Source: Oscillospiraceae bacterium (GTDB lineage: Bacteria; Bacillota; Clostridia; Oscillospirales; Oscillospiraceae). From it: a stretch of DNA of 48,407 bases. Under the pieces are notes generated by a model. That model searched no databases and was not told where the DNA came from. It was given only the letters and a program-made list of their open reading frames with translations. The stretch's first letter is position 1. Each line of letters starts with the position of its first letter. Shown here in pieces: positions 16,787-27,022 of this stretch. A program made the translations under genes and the position numbers. The stretch lies in the NCBI GenBank assembly GCA_017397075.1, contig JAFQKD010000081.1, forward strand, positions 1-48,407, read 5' to 3'.

Positions 16787-18229
16787 TTAGTATTTTCCGA
16801 TGGGAGGCTCAACGTAGTCCGGCAGCGGGCAGACATACTTGCCGCCGTTCTTCTTCCTCAGCTCAGCCTTTGCCTTTTCGATAAGCTCAGGCTGCTCCAT
16901 GGTGCGGATGAAGGAAAGGGTCATGGCTTCGGCAGCGGTGATCATGCCCTTCATGCCGATGGTGCTGCAGGAGAATGCGGTCTCCTGCCAGGTATGACCG
17001 ACATTTCCAAGGCAGGCGGTGGCGGTACTCAGCGTGACCGTGGGGCAGGCGTAACCTACATCGCCAACATCCGTGGAGCCGGACATGTAGCTTGTGTCTC
17101 TGGGGTCGAAGGGATGGACAAGCTGATCCAGAGGCTTTGCAAGAGCGGCATCCACGTTCTCCTCACCGTAGACCGCAGTCAGATTCTCCCGGATGTTCTT
17201 CCGGGTGGACTTGTTATAGGTACGGAGGAACTGCTCTGCAAGGTCAAAGTCCTCATCCGTCCACTGGGGAGCGCCCACTTCCTGCAGACAGGCATCCATA
17301 ACGGGAGCCAGCGTCTTATTGGGCACATAATCGGAGAAGGCCATGGTGACCTCGTACTTCATCTTGGTGCCGGTCATGAGGGCAGCGCCTTCGGCAACGT
17401 TCACCACACGGGCGAAGAGTTCCTGCATCTGGTTTACCTTGGGTGCGCGTACCTCGTACTTGATGACGGCATGATCCTGCACCACGTTGGGTGCGGTACC
17501 GCCGGCATCGGAATAGGCGTAGTGGATACGGGCGGCATCGATCATGTGCTCGCGCAGGTAGTTTACACCAACATTCATGAGCTCGATGGCGTCCAGAGCG
17601 GATCTGCCCAGATGGGGAGCGCCGCCTGCGTGGGAGGAGATGCCGTCAAAGACGAAGTTTGCACCCATGATGGCAACGCTTCCCTTTGCGGAAACCTCGT
17701 TGAGGGTGGCGGGATGCCAGGAATAGCAGAAGTCAACGTTATCAAAGTAGCCTGCACGGGCAATGAACTGCTTGGAGCCTGCGCCTTCCTCGGCAGGGCA
17801 GCCGAAGTAGATCACGGTACCGTCCAGCTTCTCTTCTTCCAGATACTTTTTCAGCGCAACGGCAGACGCATAGCAGCCTGCGCCAAGGAGGTTATGGCCG
17901 CAGCCATGACCTGCGCCGCCGGGAACGGCAGCTTCCTTTTCCACCTGACCTGCCTTCTGGCTCAAACCGTCCAGAGCGTCATATTCGCCCAGAAGACCCA
18001 TGACGGGCTTTCCTGTGCCGCTGACAAAGGTTGCGGTAAAGGCGGTGGGGATACCGGCAAGGCCGGTCTCGATGGTGAAGCCCTCTTTTTCCAGTGCATC
18101 GATAAGCACCTTGGCGGACTTTGTCTCCTGATAGGGCAGCTCCGCAAATTCCCAAATCTGCTCTGCCAGATCGATGGCCTCAGGGGCCGTCTGCGCCACA
18201 AGGGCTCTTACTTTTTCCAACTGTGTCAT
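16787..18229 (-). CDS. M20-family amidohydrolase (AbgB / aminobenzoyl-glutamate hydrolase subunit B-like)
   Basis: 480 aa. GHGCGHNLLG metal-site motif and the GCPAEEG region. Last gene of the ABC operon. Confidence 0.88.
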   Translation of the reverse strand: MTQLEKVRALVAQTAPEAIDLAEQIWEFAELPYQETKSAKVLIDALEKEGFTIETGLAGIPTAFTATFVSGTGKPVMGLLGEYDALDGLSQKAGQVEKEAAVPGGAGHGCGHNLLGAGCYASAVALKKYLEEEKLDGTVIYFGCPAEEGAGSKQFIARAGYFDNVDFCYSWHPATLNEVSAKGSVAIMGANFVFDGISSHAGGAPHLGRSALDAIELMNVGVNYLREHMIDAARIHYAYSDAGGTAPNVVQDHAVIKYEVRAPKVNQMQELFARVVNVAEGAALMTGTKMKYEVTMAFSDYVPNKTLAPVMDACLQEVGAPQWTDEDFDLAEQFLRTYNKSTRKNIRENLTAVYGEENVDAALAKPLDQLVHPFDPRDTSYMSGSTDVGDVGYACPTVTLSTATACLGNVGHTWQETAFSCSTIGMKGMITAAEAMTLSFIRTMEQPELIEKAKAELRKKNGGKYVCPLPDYVEPPIGKY

Positions 18230-18240
18230 AGGCAGCTCCT

Positions 18241-18975
18241 TTACAGTACCTTACTCAAGAATTCAATGGTTCTGGGATTGCGGGGAGAGGAGAAAATGAT
18301 CTCCGGGCTGTCATCTTCGGCGATGATTCCGTCTGCCATGAGCATCACCCGGTCGGAGATCTCACGGGCAAAACCCATTTCATGGGTCACAACAAGGATC
18401 GTCATGCCGGACTTGGCAAGATCGCTGATAACATTCAGCACCTCCTTGACCATTTCCGGGTCAAGGGCACTTGTAGGCTCGTCAAAGAGCATGACCTCCG
18501 GCTTCATGGCAAGGGCGCGGACGATGGCAAGACGCTGTTTCTGACCGCCGGAGAGCTTTCGGGGATACTCGTTGGCCTTATCGGTAAGGCCGACGCGCTC
18601 CAGAAGCGCCATGGCTTCTTCTTCCGCCTGCTCCTTGGGGACTTTCTTTTCCAGAATGGGAGCAAGGGTGATGTTCTCCAGCACGGTCATGTGGGGGAAA
18701 ACATTGAAGTTCTGGAACACCATGCCGATACGCTGGCGGTACTTTGCAATATCCAGCTTCTTGGAGGTGATGTCCATATCCTCAAACCAGATCTTGCCCG
18801 CGGTGGGTGTTTCCAGCAGATTGAGGCATCTGAGGAAGGTACTCTTACCACCGCCGGAAGGACCGATGATGGAAACGACCTCGCCTCTGCGGACGGTGGT
18901 ATCGATGCCCTTGAGCACTTCAAGAGAACCGAAATTTTTGACCAGACCTTCGGTCCGGATGATCACATCAGTCAC
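18241..18975 (-). CDS. Polar amino-acid ABC transporter, ATP-binding protein
   Basis: Walker [10 protein letters not shown], signature [15 protein letters not shown], Walker [12 protein letters not shown]. Confidence 0.93.
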   Translation of the reverse strand: MTDVIIRTEGLVKNFGSLEVLKGIDTTVRRGEVVSIIGPSGGGKSTFLRCLNLLETPTAGKIWFEDMDITSKKLDIAKYRQRIGMVFQNFNVFPHMTVLENITLAPILEKKVPKEQAEEEAMALLERVGLTDKANEYPRKLSGGQKQRLAIVRALAMKPEVMLFDEPTSALDPEMVKEVLNVISDLAKSGMTILVVTHEMGFAREISDRVMLMADGIIAEDDSPEIIFSSPRNPRTIEFLSKVL

Positions 18976-19627
18976 TGACCTTCAGCCTCCTTTCCATCAC
19001 CAGAACAAGCCTGGACAGCACAAAGTTCAGCACAAAGTAGATGATACCGACAATGGTAAGGGACTGCAGAGCCAGATATGTGGTGGACTGCACCGTTCTG
19101 TAGCTTGTCATGAGCTCGCCCACGAAGAACACGGAGGCAAGGGAGGTCTCCTTTACCATGGCGATAAACTGGTTTGCCAGTGCCGGCAGGATGTTCTTGA
19201 TGGCCTGAGGCAGGATGACGCGGGTCATCACGTGCACCTCGGAAAGGCCGATGCTTCGTGCAGCCTCGCTCTGTCCCTTGTCCACCGCAGCAATACCTGC
19301 GCGGATGATCTCGGAAATATAGGCGGAGCTGTTTACGATCAGCGCTGTGATGATGCAGAAGGTATCCGAAAGGTCAAAGGGAAGGATCTTCGGCAGACCG
19401 ATCCAGAAGAAGTAAAGCTGGAGCAGGATGGGAGTGCCCCGCAGCACTTCAATATAGATATCCGCCACAAAATTCACGGGCTTCAGCTTGCTCATCCGCA
19501 TGAGGGCCACCAGAATACCCAGAATCGTACCGCAAACCACGGTAACGGCGGAAAGCCACAAGGTTCCTACCAGTCCGTCCAGAAAGACGTCACTGTATGT
19601 GCTCCAAAGCTTTACGATCTTCGACAT
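18968..19627 (-). CDS. Polar amino-acid ABC transporter, permease
   Basis: 219 aa. EAA-like loop ([10 protein letters not shown]...TRVILPQA). 8-nt overlap with the ATPase gene. Confidence 0.9.
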   Translation of the reverse strand: MSKIVKLWSTYSDVFLDGLVGTLWLSAVTVVCGTILGILVALMRMSKLKPVNFVADIYIEVLRGTPILLQLYFFWIGLPKILPFDLSDTFCIITALIVNSSAYISEIIRAGIAAVDKGQSEAARSIGLSEVHVMTRVILPQAIKNILPALANQFIAMVKETSLASVFFVGELMTSYRTVQSTTYLALQSLTIVGIIYFVLNFVLSRLVLVMERRLKVSD

Positions 19628-19670
19628 GATCTGTTTTACTCCTGATTTCTATCTGTGCGTATTTTAAGGA

Positions 19671-20501
19671 TTAGTCAAGGCCAAGGCTGGCAGCGTACTC
19701 GGAATACTCCACGTACCAACGAGCAAGATCTCCGCTCTCCTGCAGCTCTGCGATGCACTCGTTCACGAACGCCAGAAGCTCATCCTCACCCAGAGGAACA
19801 CCGGCGCAGACACCGGTCATGTTGGGATCCACGTCGAAGGTGAAATCGGAAACTGCAAGACCGCCGTTTGCTTCGGCATAGAGCTTGGCGCTGGCGATAT
19901 CGCAGATGCAGGCATCAGCCTTGCCTTCAGCAACCATGAGGTAACCGTCGGTCATGGCGGAAACGCGCTTGAATTCCTTGTACTCCTTGATCTGGTCGTT
20001 CACGATGCTCTCCTGCACGGAACCGCTCTGGGTCACGATGACGGCATCGGCAACGGATTCGATGGACTCGTACTTGCCGTAGTCCTCTTCACGGGTCAGG
20101 AAGGTGAAGCCCATGGCCTCGTCATTGTAGTAGCTGTTGGACATGCCCATGGCCTCTGCACGGGTGGGAGAGTAAGCCAGAGCGGAAAGAGCCAGGTCGT
20201 ACTTGCCTTCCACGATGGAGCTCTGCACAGCGGCAAACTCCAGGGGGATGATGCGAAGCTCAACACCAAGCTTATCGGCAATATACTGGCCAAGCTCGAT
20301 ATCGAGACCCACGAACTGCTCGCCCTCAGGCAGGCTGGAATCGATGAACTCGAAGGGAGCGAAGTACGGCTCGGTGACGACTTCAATGTAGCCCCGTTCC
20401 TTGATCTCGTCCAGACGGTTGCCGGCAGTATCGGAATTTCCGCAGGCTGCGCAGCACAGCAGCATGGCGATTGCCATCACAAATGCAAAGATCTTTTTCA
20501 T
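19671..20501 (-). CDS. Amino-acid ABC transporter substrate-binding lipoprotein
   Basis: ORF extends to 20570. ATG at 20501 follows GAGGAAAAAACC. MKKIFAFVMAIAMLLCCAACG signal/lipobox. Family-3 SBP fold signatures. Confidence 0.88.
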   Translation of the reverse strand: MKKIFAFVMAIAMLLCCAACGNSDTAGNRLDEIKERGYIEVVTEPYFAPFEFIDSSLPEGEQFVGLDIELGQYIADKLGVELRIIPLEFAAVQSSIVEGKYDLALSALAYSPTRAEAMGMSNSYYNDEAMGFTFLTREEDYGKYESIESVADAVIVTQSGSVQESIVNDQIKEYKEFKRVSAMTDGYLMVAEGKADACICDIASAKLYAEANGGLAVSDFTFDVDPNMTGVCAGVPLGEDELLAFVNECIAELQESGDLARWYVEYSEYAASLGLD

Positions 20502-20548
20502 GGTTTTTTCCTCATTTCTTTTACGCCTGTGGCGTTTTTGATGGTTGG

Positions 20549-20577
20549 AGTATACCATTTCCAAAATCATTTGTCAA
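20549..20577 (-). promoter_or_regulatory. Sigma-A-type promoter of the ABC/M20 operon
   Basis: On the - strand: TTGACA, 17-nt spacer, TATACT. Confidence 0.65.
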
Positions 20578-20650
20578 CGCTTTACCATGCTAATGTGATA
20601 ATTTAGCAAATTGCACAACGGCAAGCTGACGCGAATCTGCAAAGCCGGGC

Positions 20651-20687
20651 AAAATGCCGGGATACAGCTTTCGCATCCCGGCATTTT
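20651..20687 (-). terminator. Intrinsic terminator after rlmA
   Basis: 13-bp stem AAAATGCCGGGAT / ATCCCGGCATTTT abutting the stop at 20689. Confidence 0.7.
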
Positions 20688-20688
20688 C

Positions 20689-21486
20689 TCAGCTTTCCTT
20701 TTCGTACACCGCCACACGGACGGCGATCCTTGTGTCAAGCGCGGTAAGCTTATCCAGCTTTTCCTGATCCTTTCTGCCTGTTTTGTACCAATACGGTGTC
20801 ATCCGGAAAAGCGTGAGAATGTCCCCGTTTTCCGTAAGATGCAGCATTTCCCGCACATCCTCATAACCGGAAAGACGGAATCCCGGTACGGTCATGCAGG
20901 GATCCGGATTTTCGTAAGGCGTATCATATACCGCCGCTTTCAGCTCCCAAAGGTGCTCCCGAAGCGGCACTGCGAGCACAAGCTTTCCTCCCGGCTGAAG
21001 GATCCTTGCAAATTCCCTGTTTTCCAGCGGGGCAAAAAGGCACATGACTCCCTTTGCCGCTCCGTCTTTTAACGGAAGGCGGGCGCTCGTTGCCACTGCG
21101 CAGGAAATCCCCCGCTTCCCACAGGCTTTTGCCGCCTCACGGGAGATATCCGTACCCCAAACCAACGCGCCGGGCACGCGGGACACCGCCTCGGTATAAT
21201 ATCCTTCCCCGCAGCCTGCATCCAGAATGAGCCCTTCCGCGGCAAAGGGAGCCGCCGCACGAACCACCGCATCCCGAATGGGGGCATAAAACCCTTTTTC
21301 CAGAAACGCACGGCGGCTTTGCACCATGGCAGCATCATCCCCGTGGCGCTTCAGCCCGTTTCCCGTACGGAGCAGATTCACATACCCCTGCTTTGCCACA
21401 TCAAAGCTGTGGCCGTTTGCACAGACAAGCTGCCGCTCACGGGGCGCAAGCTCCTCTCCGCAGACGGGGCATCTCCACCCCGCCAT
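20689..21486 (-). CDS. rlmA: 23S rRNA (guanine-N1)-methyltransferase RlmA-like
   Basis: N-terminal zinc motif CPVCGEEL...LVCANGHSFDVAKQGYVNLL, then the SAM-MTase motif ILDAGCGEGYY. Confidence 0.8.
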   Translation of the reverse strand: MAGWRCPVCGEELAPRERQLVCANGHSFDVAKQGYVNLLRTGNGLKRHGDDAAMVQSRRAFLEKGFYAPIRDAVVRAAAPFAAEGLILDAGCGEGYYTEAVSRVPGALVWGTDISREAAKACGKRGISCAVATSARLPLKDGAAKGVMCLFAPLENREFARILQPGGKLVLAVPLREHLWELKAAVYDTPYENPDPCMTVPGFRLSGYEDVREMLHLTENGDILTLFRMTPYWYKTGRKDQEKLDKLTALDTRIAVRVAVYEKES

Positions 21487-21989
21487 CAGAACGCTCCGAT
21501 CTCAAGGGATTTGTCATCCGTTCCCTTGGTGATCTTCCGCACGGTCACATAGTAGCTGTAGCTTTCATCCACCGGCACAAGCACCCGTTCTCCTTCCCGT
21601 TTCCCAAGGAGCACCTTTCCCAGAGGCGACTTGTTGCTGATGAGACCCTTCAGGGCATTCTGCCGCAGGGTGGTGACGATGCGCACCTCCTGCACCTCGT
21701 CATCCTCCTCAAAATACAGCTCCACCGTATCAAAAAGGCACACGGCGCTGTCATCCTGCTTTGCGGTGATGACCACGGCTGTTTTGATCATATTGCGCAG
21801 ATAGCGCATTCGGCTTTCGTTGCGGATCTTTTCCTGCTTTGCCGCCTTGTATTCAAAGTTCTCACTGAGGTCACCGAAGCCTCTTGCCGTCTTCACATCC
21901 TCAAGGATCTTCGGCTGCAGAACCGTTTCCCGGTACTGCAGTTCCTCTTTCATTTTATCGATATCCACCTGGGTCAGTTCGTCATGCAT
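21486..21989 (-). CDS. greA: Transcription elongation factor GreA
   Basis: ORF extends to 22064. ATG at 21989. Motif ARGFGDLSENFEYKAAKQEK. Its stop overlaps the rlmA start by 1 nt (TGATG). Confidence 0.9.
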   Translation of the reverse strand: MHDELTQVDIDKMKEELQYRETVLQPKILEDVKTARGFGDLSENFEYKAAKQEKIRNESRMRYLRNMIKTAVVITAKQDDSAVCLFDTVELYFEEDDEVQEVRIVTTLRQNALKGLISNKSPLGKVLLGKREGERVLVPVDESYSYYVTVRKITKGTDDKSLEIGAF

Positions 21990-23202
21990 GGTTTTGATCC
22001 TTTCCGAAAACATACTTATCCAGTCTGCCGAAGGCTTCCCGCACCGCGGCTGTGGGGAGAGCAAGATTCATGCGGATATGACAAGGTCCGTGGAAGGGTC
22101 TTCCGTCCTGCCAGATTACCCCCACCCGGATACCTGCCCGCAGCAGCTCATCCAGCGTCATGCCGCGATCTGCGCACCACTTTGTGCAGTCCAGAAACAG
22201 CATATAGGTACCCTCGGCTGCGGAGATCTCCACACCCTCGAAATGCTCGCGGATAAATCTCACCGCGTAGTCTCTGTTTTCCCGCAGCACCTCCAGAAGC
22301 TCATCCACCCACGCTTCGCCGTCCTCGGAATATGCCCCCTCCAGCGCAGCTGCGGAAAGCACGTTTGCATGGTTATAGGAGGAGACGGCGGAAGCTGCCG
22401 CCAGCCTGTCCCGTAGGTAGCCGTCATACACAATGTGATACGAGCCCACAAGTCCCGCAAGGTTAAAGGTCTTTGTCACCGCATAAAAGGCAACGGTGCG
22501 GTTTTTCGCATCCTCGGATATGCTCTGCAGCGGGATATGCCTCCCGGAGAGGATCACATCTGCCCAGATCTCATCGGAAATCACATAACAGCCTGCATTG
22601 CGGTAGACCTCCATGGCCTTTTCCAGCTCTTCACGGCTCCACACACGGCCCATGGGATTATGGGGATTGCAGAACACTGCAAGGCAGATGCGGTTCTCCC
22701 GCAGCTTCTTTTCCATATCCGCATAGTCCATGCGCCAGATGCCTTTCTCATCCTGCCGAAGCTCCGACAGCACGATCCTTCTGCCGCAGCCTTCGATGGC
22801 ATGGGTAAAGCCGATATAGGTGGGCGCATGAATGAGCACCGCTTCCCCGGGACTTGTCAGCGCCTGCACAGCGGAGACAACACCTCCCAGAACACCGTTT
22901 TCGTAGCCGATATGCTCCGGCATAAGTCCCGTGACACCGTTTCTCTCCCGCTGCCAGCGGATGATCGCAGCGAAATAGGCGGGGGAAAGCTCAAAATACC
23001 CGAAAAGGGGATGGCTCAGCCGCTTCTGCACCGCTTCCGTCACTGCGGGCGCGGTGGCAAAATTCATGTCCGCCACCCACATGGGAATGCGCGAGAACCC
23101 CGCCTCCGGCATCGCGCCGGAGACGGGGATCATTTCTGCCGCAATGGCGCCTGTGCCGCTGCGGTCATACATCGTGGTAAAGTCAAATCGATGGTTCATC
23201 AT
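21982..23202 (-). CDS. patB: MalY/PatB-type PLP-dependent C-S lyase (class I/II aminotransferase fold)
   Basis: 406 aa with PatB-like layout (DRSGTGA..., CNPHNPMGRVW, TKTFNLAG lysine motif). 8-nt overlap with the greA start. Confidence 0.88.
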   Translation of the reverse strand: MMNHRFDFTTMYDRSGTGAIAAEMIPVSGAMPEAGFSRIPMWVADMNFATAPAVTEAVQKRLSHPLFGYFELSPAYFAAIIRWQRERNGVTGLMPEHIGYENGVLGGVVSAVQALTSPGEAVLIHAPTYIGFTHAIEGCGRRIVLSELRQDEKGIWRMDYADMEKKLRENRICLAVFCNPHNPMGRVWSREELEKAMEVYRNAGCYVISDEIWADVILSGRHIPLQSISEDAKNRTVAFYAVTKTFNLAGLVGSYHIVYDGYLRDRLAAASAVSSYNHANVLSAAALEGAYSEDGEAWVDELLEVLRENRDYAVRFIREHFEGVEISAAEGTYMLFLDCTKWCADRGMTLDELLRAGIRVGVIWQDGRPFHGPCHIRMNLALPTAAVREAFGRLDKYVFGKDQNHA

Positions 23203-24597
23203 TCAAGCTTCCTGTAAATTTTCTTCCTGAGGGGGCGTTTTCGGCTGGATGAGGCAGCGCTCTTTCCATTTGGTCTTATAGAAGACGAAGAGCGTGGCGA
23301 GGAAGTTCACCACCCAGCCTGCGGGATAGGCAAAGGCCATGACAAGGAAGGAATCGGTGATGCGGGTGAAAATAAACAGATAGATCTGCCGGAAGACCAC
23401 AAAGGAGCCCAGCATGGTGATCATGGGTGCCGTGGTCTCTCCCGCACCGCGAAGGACGGAGGTCATGGGGTTTGTGATGCAGCCGAACAGATAGAACGGC
23501 GAGATGGTAAGGATCCAGATGCCGCCGTAACGGATGACCTCGAGATCCGCATTGAAGAAGGAGGTCAGCTGCTCGCGGAAGAGAAGCAGGGGGATCAGCA
23601 CCACACCTGTGCAGAGAAGGCTCAGATTCTGGGAGACCTTCATGCCCTTCATCACGCGGTCATTCTGCCCCGCACCGATGTTCTGCCCTGCAAAGGTGGC
23701 GCAGGCCACGGAAAGGCAGCTCATGGGCAGCATGGCAAAGGAATCGATCTTGGCGTAAATGGTGTAGCCTGCCATACAGGCAGAGCCGAAGGCGTTGATA
23801 TACGCCTGCACGAACATATTGGAGAAGGATGTCACGGACATCTGCAGTGCGGAGGGAATGCCGATGGCAAATACCCGGGCAAAGATCTTGCCGTGGAACT
23901 TCATCTTCCGCAGACTCACCCTGTGGGGACCGTCCGTGGTCATGAGCACTGTCATGACGAAAATACCGGAGACCGCCTGAGCGATCACCGTTGCCCATGC
24001 AACGCCCCGGACGCCCATGTTGAAGTAGATGACAAACACAAGATCCAGCACCACGTTTGTGACGGCGGAGATAATGAGGGCAATGAGGGGCGTTCTGGTA
24101 TTTCCCACCGCCTGAAGGATACCGGCACCGATATTATAGATCAGAAGCGCCGTTGTACCGTAAAAGGTAATGGTGAGATACGCCAGCGCATCATCCCACA
24201 CATCCGCAGGAGTTTTCATCATCCGCAGCATCCCCGGCGTCAGCAAAACACCGAGAACGGTAATGACTGCGCACATCATGAGGGTCATGATGATGGCGGT
24301 ATGTACGGTTTTGGAGACCATATCCCGGTCCTTTGCCCCGAAATACTGACTCACCACGATGCCGGCGCCGCCGGCAAGACCGGAGTAAAAGCCGATGAGC
24401 GCCCCGGTAATGTGTCCCGTGGAGCCTACCGCGGCAAGGGCCTGAGAGGAAACATAGTTCCCCACCACATAAGAGTCCACCGTACTGTACAGCTGCTGGA
24501 ACACATTCCCAAGAAGAAGCGGAATGGTGAAAGAGACAAGCAGCTTCCATATGGTGCCGCTCGTCATGTCCAGACTGCCTTTTTTCCGACCAGCCAA
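23203..24597 (-). CDS. MATE-family efflux transporter
   Basis: 464 aa, 12-TM. N-terminus DMTSGTIWKLLVSFTIPLLLGNVFQQLY. TTG start with AAAGGAGAG 8 nt upstream. Its stop abuts the patB start. Confidence 0.9.
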   Translation of the reverse strand: MAGRKKGSLDMTSGTIWKLLVSFTIPLLLGNVFQQLYSTVDSYVVGNYVSSQALAAVGSTGHITGALIGFYSGLAGGAGIVVSQYFGAKDRDMVSKTVHTAIIMTLMMCAVITVLGVLLTPGMLRMMKTPADVWDDALAYLTITFYGTTALLIYNIGAGILQAVGNTRTPLIALIISAVTNVVLDLVFVIYFNMGVRGVAWATVIAQAVSGIFVMTVLMTTDGPHRVSLRKMKFHGKIFARVFAIGIPSALQMSVTSFSNMFVQAYINAFGSACMAGYTIYAKIDSFAMLPMSCLSVACATFAGQNIGAGQNDRVMKGMKVSQNLSLLCTGVVLIPLLLFREQLTSFFNADLEVIRYGGIWILTISPFYLFGCITNPMTSVLRGAGETTAPMITMLGSFVVFRQIYLFIFTRITDSFLVMAFAYPAGWVVNFLATLFVFYKTKWKERCLIQPKTPPQEENLQEA

Positions 24598-24624
24598 TCA
24601 GAACACTCTCCTTTCATTCCTTTT

Positions 24625-24652
24625 ATTATACTCCCCCTGCCCGTTTTTTCAA
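24625..24652 (-). promoter_or_regulatory. Sigma-A-type promoter of the MATE-patB-greA-rlmA operon
   Basis: On the - strand: TTGAAA, 16-nt spacer, TATAAT. Confidence 0.65.
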
Positions 24653-24769
24653 AGGGAAATAATTTGATTTTGCGGGATATTTCCCGCTGAGAGGCTGTCT
24701 TTACCCCAAATTTGGCAACAGCAACGGTTTTCTGCCGTTTTCTGCGGCATACGCCCCTGTTCAGAAAGA

Positions 24770-24797
24770 AAGGCGGCAGATATACATCTGCCGCTTT
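24770..24797 (-). terminator. Intrinsic terminator after the G3E GTPase pair
   Basis: On the - strand: AAAGCGGCAGAT-GTAT-ATCTGCCGCCTTT followed by CTTTCT. Confidence 0.8.
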
Positions 24798-24801
24798 CCG
24801 C

Positions 24802-25749
24802 TCAATAAAAAGTTGCCACTTCCTGCTCGGGCGCTTCGCAGGGCGCGATCTCCCTGATCTTCAGAATGGGACCCATTCTGCCGTACACATCGTGGTACAT
24901 GAGAGAGATATCCGCGGTGATCTGCACCCAGGATTTGTTTTTGGGTCTGGGCTTTCCGGAGACAACGCCCACAAGACCCGCAAACTGCATATCGTCCACG
25001 CAGCAGGTCATGATGTTCCGCCCGAAAATAAACTCCGTGTTTTTCAGTCCCCGCTTGTCCACAGCAAGTCCCTTCAGGGACACGGTCTTCCCGCCGTAGA
25101 TCTCCATGCGTTCGGAGAGATCACGGTACCACTGGGCAAATGCCCGCTCGCCGATCTCGATCACCGGCGCATCCACATCGAAGGGCAGCGGATCCACGAT
25201 ATCATCGTAGCGCACAGAGCCGTCCGGCGCCTCATAGGCAATGTCCGCCCGGGGGGTAAAGTTCCGCACCAGCTGATGGTAGGGCATCTCGTCCGTGCCC
25301 TCTTTGAAGCGGTTGAACACCACAAGCTCACAGCTTGCAAGCTTATCCCCCACAAGATTGCGCATATTGGCGTTGTAGGTGAGAATGGTGTTTGCGTCGG
25401 CGAAGAAAAACTCCTGCGCCACCACCCATTTGGGAGGCATATTGTTGTAGAAGTCGTTCAAAAGCCACATGCCGTTGTATTCCACCACAACACGCTGGCA
25501 CTTATGCTCCTTGCGCAGCTTCTCCAGATACTGTGGCGTCAGCTCCTCCGGGGCATGGATGACCTGAATGTACACGCAGTTATGGACAAAGAGACTGGGG
25601 TCATACTCCTCTTCCCCTTCCTCGCAGACCAGAAGCAGAGTGTTTTCCCCGGAATTGAAGCGTTCATCCTCAAAGGTCTCCTGAATGAACTTGGTCTTAC
25701 CGGAATCCAGAAATCCGGTAAAGAGATATACAGGGATCTCCTGTGCCAT
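24802..25749 (-). CDS. G3E-family P-loop protein lacking the CxCC motif, with a DUF1980/YcgQ-C-terminal-like domain
   Basis: Walker A GFLDSGKT. The region equivalent to CxCC reads VCEEGEEE. The C-terminal IMTCCVDDMQFAGLV resembles the TCC(A/S)AD motif of DUF1980 proteins (from memory). GGAGG RBS. Confidence 0.7.
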   Translation of the reverse strand: MAQEIPVYLFTGFLDSGKTKFIQETFEDERFNSGENTLLLVCEEGEEEYDPSLFVHNCVYIQVIHAPEELTPQYLEKLRKEHKCQRVVVEYNGMWLLNDFYNNMPPKWVVAQEFFFADANTILTYNANMRNLVGDKLASCELVVFNRFKEGTDEMPYHQLVRNFTPRADIAYEAPDGSVRYDDIVDPLPFDVDAPVIEIGERAFAQWYRDLSERMEIYGGKTVSLKGLAVDKRGLKNTEFIFGRNIMTCCVDDMQFAGLVGVVSGKPRPKNKSWVQITADISLMYHDVYGRMGPILKIREIAPCEAPEQEVATFY

Positions 25750-25763
25750 GTTCCGCCTCCGCT

Positions 25764-26975
25764 TTACACGCCGAAGAGAGCCTTAAGACCGCTCTCATCC
25801 AGCTTGGAACCGATAACGCAAAGTCTGCCGGTAACGCAGGCAGCACCGCTGCGCATATTCTTCTCCTCCGGCACATAGTCGAAGTGGATCCAGCCGTCCT
25901 CACCCTGAACCGCGCCCTTGCAGCGAAGCACAACGCCGTACTTCTCCGTATCCAGAGCATCGAGGGCAGCTTCCAGAGCCTCGCGGGTAAAGACCTTCGC
26001 TGTCTCTGCACCCCAGCTCATGAATACCTCGTCCGCATCATGGCCGTGGTGATGATGGTGGTGATGTCCGTGATGATGGTGATGCTCATGCTCCCCGTGG
26101 CAGCAGCACTCGTCATCGTGGTCGTGATGATGATGCTCGTGTTCCTCGTGGCAGCAGCACTCGCCTTCGTGGTCGTGGTGATGGTGATGCTCGTGCTCCT
26201 CATGGCAGCAGCACTCGCCTTCGTGATCGTGGTGATGATGCTCATGCTCCTCATGGCAGCAGCACTCACCTTCGTGATCGTGGTGATGGTGATGATGCCC
26301 GTGATGGTGATGGCACTGGCAGTCGGGATCGTCGCACTCGTCCTCAAGGGCAGCAAGCTGCTTTACGGCTTCTTCCAGCGTGTCCTTCTTCTCCATGGCT
26401 TCAAGGATCTGAGCGCCGGTGATCTGATCCCAGGGGGTGGTGACAATGACAGCCTTTTCATTGCAGCTGCGGATCAGCCCGATGGCTTCCTGCAGCTTTT
26501 CCGCCTGAATATCGGCAGTGCGGCTCAGCACCACGCAGCCTGCATGTTCCAGCTGATTGCGGTAAAACTCACCGAAGTTGCGCATATAGACCTTGCACTT
26601 CTTGGCATCCGCCACTACGGTAAGGCCGTTGATGACAAGCTCCTCAACCCCCGCATCCTCCACAGCCTTGATGACGTCGGAAAGCTTGCCCACGCCGGAG
26701 GGCTCAATGAGGATCCGCTCCGGAGCAAACTGCTCCATGACCATGCGCAGAGACTGGCTGAAATCCCCGGAAAGGCTGCAGCAGATGCAGCCGGAATTCA
26801 TCTCCGTGACCTCCACCCCTGCATCCTGCAGAAATGCGCCGTCCACACCCACATCGCCGAATTCGTTTTCCACAAGCACGATCTTCTCGCCTGCGTATGC
26901 TTCCGTAATGAGCTTCCGGATCAGGGTCGTTTTGCCGGCGCCAAGAAATCCGGAGAAAATATCGATTTTTACCAT
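25764..26975 (-). CDS. COG0523 (CobW/ZigA/YjiA-type) metallochaperone GTPase with a His/Cys-rich repeat insertion
   Basis: Walker A GFLGAGKT and the metal motif GCICCS. An insertion of about 105 aa made of H/C/E/D (nt 26031-26345). CobW C-terminal domain follows. Confidence 0.88.
   Translation of the reverse strand: MVKIDIFSGFLGAGKTTLIRKLITEAYAGEKIVLVENEFGDVGVDGAFLQDAGVEVTEMNSGCICCSLSGDFSQSLRMVMEQFAPERILIEPSGVGKLSDVIKAVEDAGVEELVINGLTVVADAKKCKVYMRNFGEFYRNQLEHAGCVVLSRTADIQAEKLQEAIGLIRSCNEKAVIVTTPWDQITGAQILEAMEKKDTLEEAVKQLAALEDECDDPDCQCHHHHGHHHHHHDHEGECCCHEEHEHHHHDHEGECCCHEEHEHHHHHDHEGECCCHEEHEHHHHDHDDECCCHGEHEHHHHHGHHHHHHHGHDADEVFMSWGAETAKVFTREALEAALDALDTEKYGVVLRCKGAVQGEDGWIHFDYVPEEKNMRSGAACVTGRLCVIGSKLDESGLKALFGV
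26070..26290 (-). repeat. In-frame tandem repeat (period 51/54/51 nt) encoding DHEGECCCHEEHEHHHH units
   Basis: GGCAGCAGCACTC recurs at 26099, 26150, 26204 and 26255. There are 3 good copies and 1 degenerate copy at protein level. Confidence 0.85.
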
Positions 26976-27022
26976 TGTGATCTTCTCTTTCCAAGTGAAT
27001 TTTCGGATTTGCTCCTAAGATA

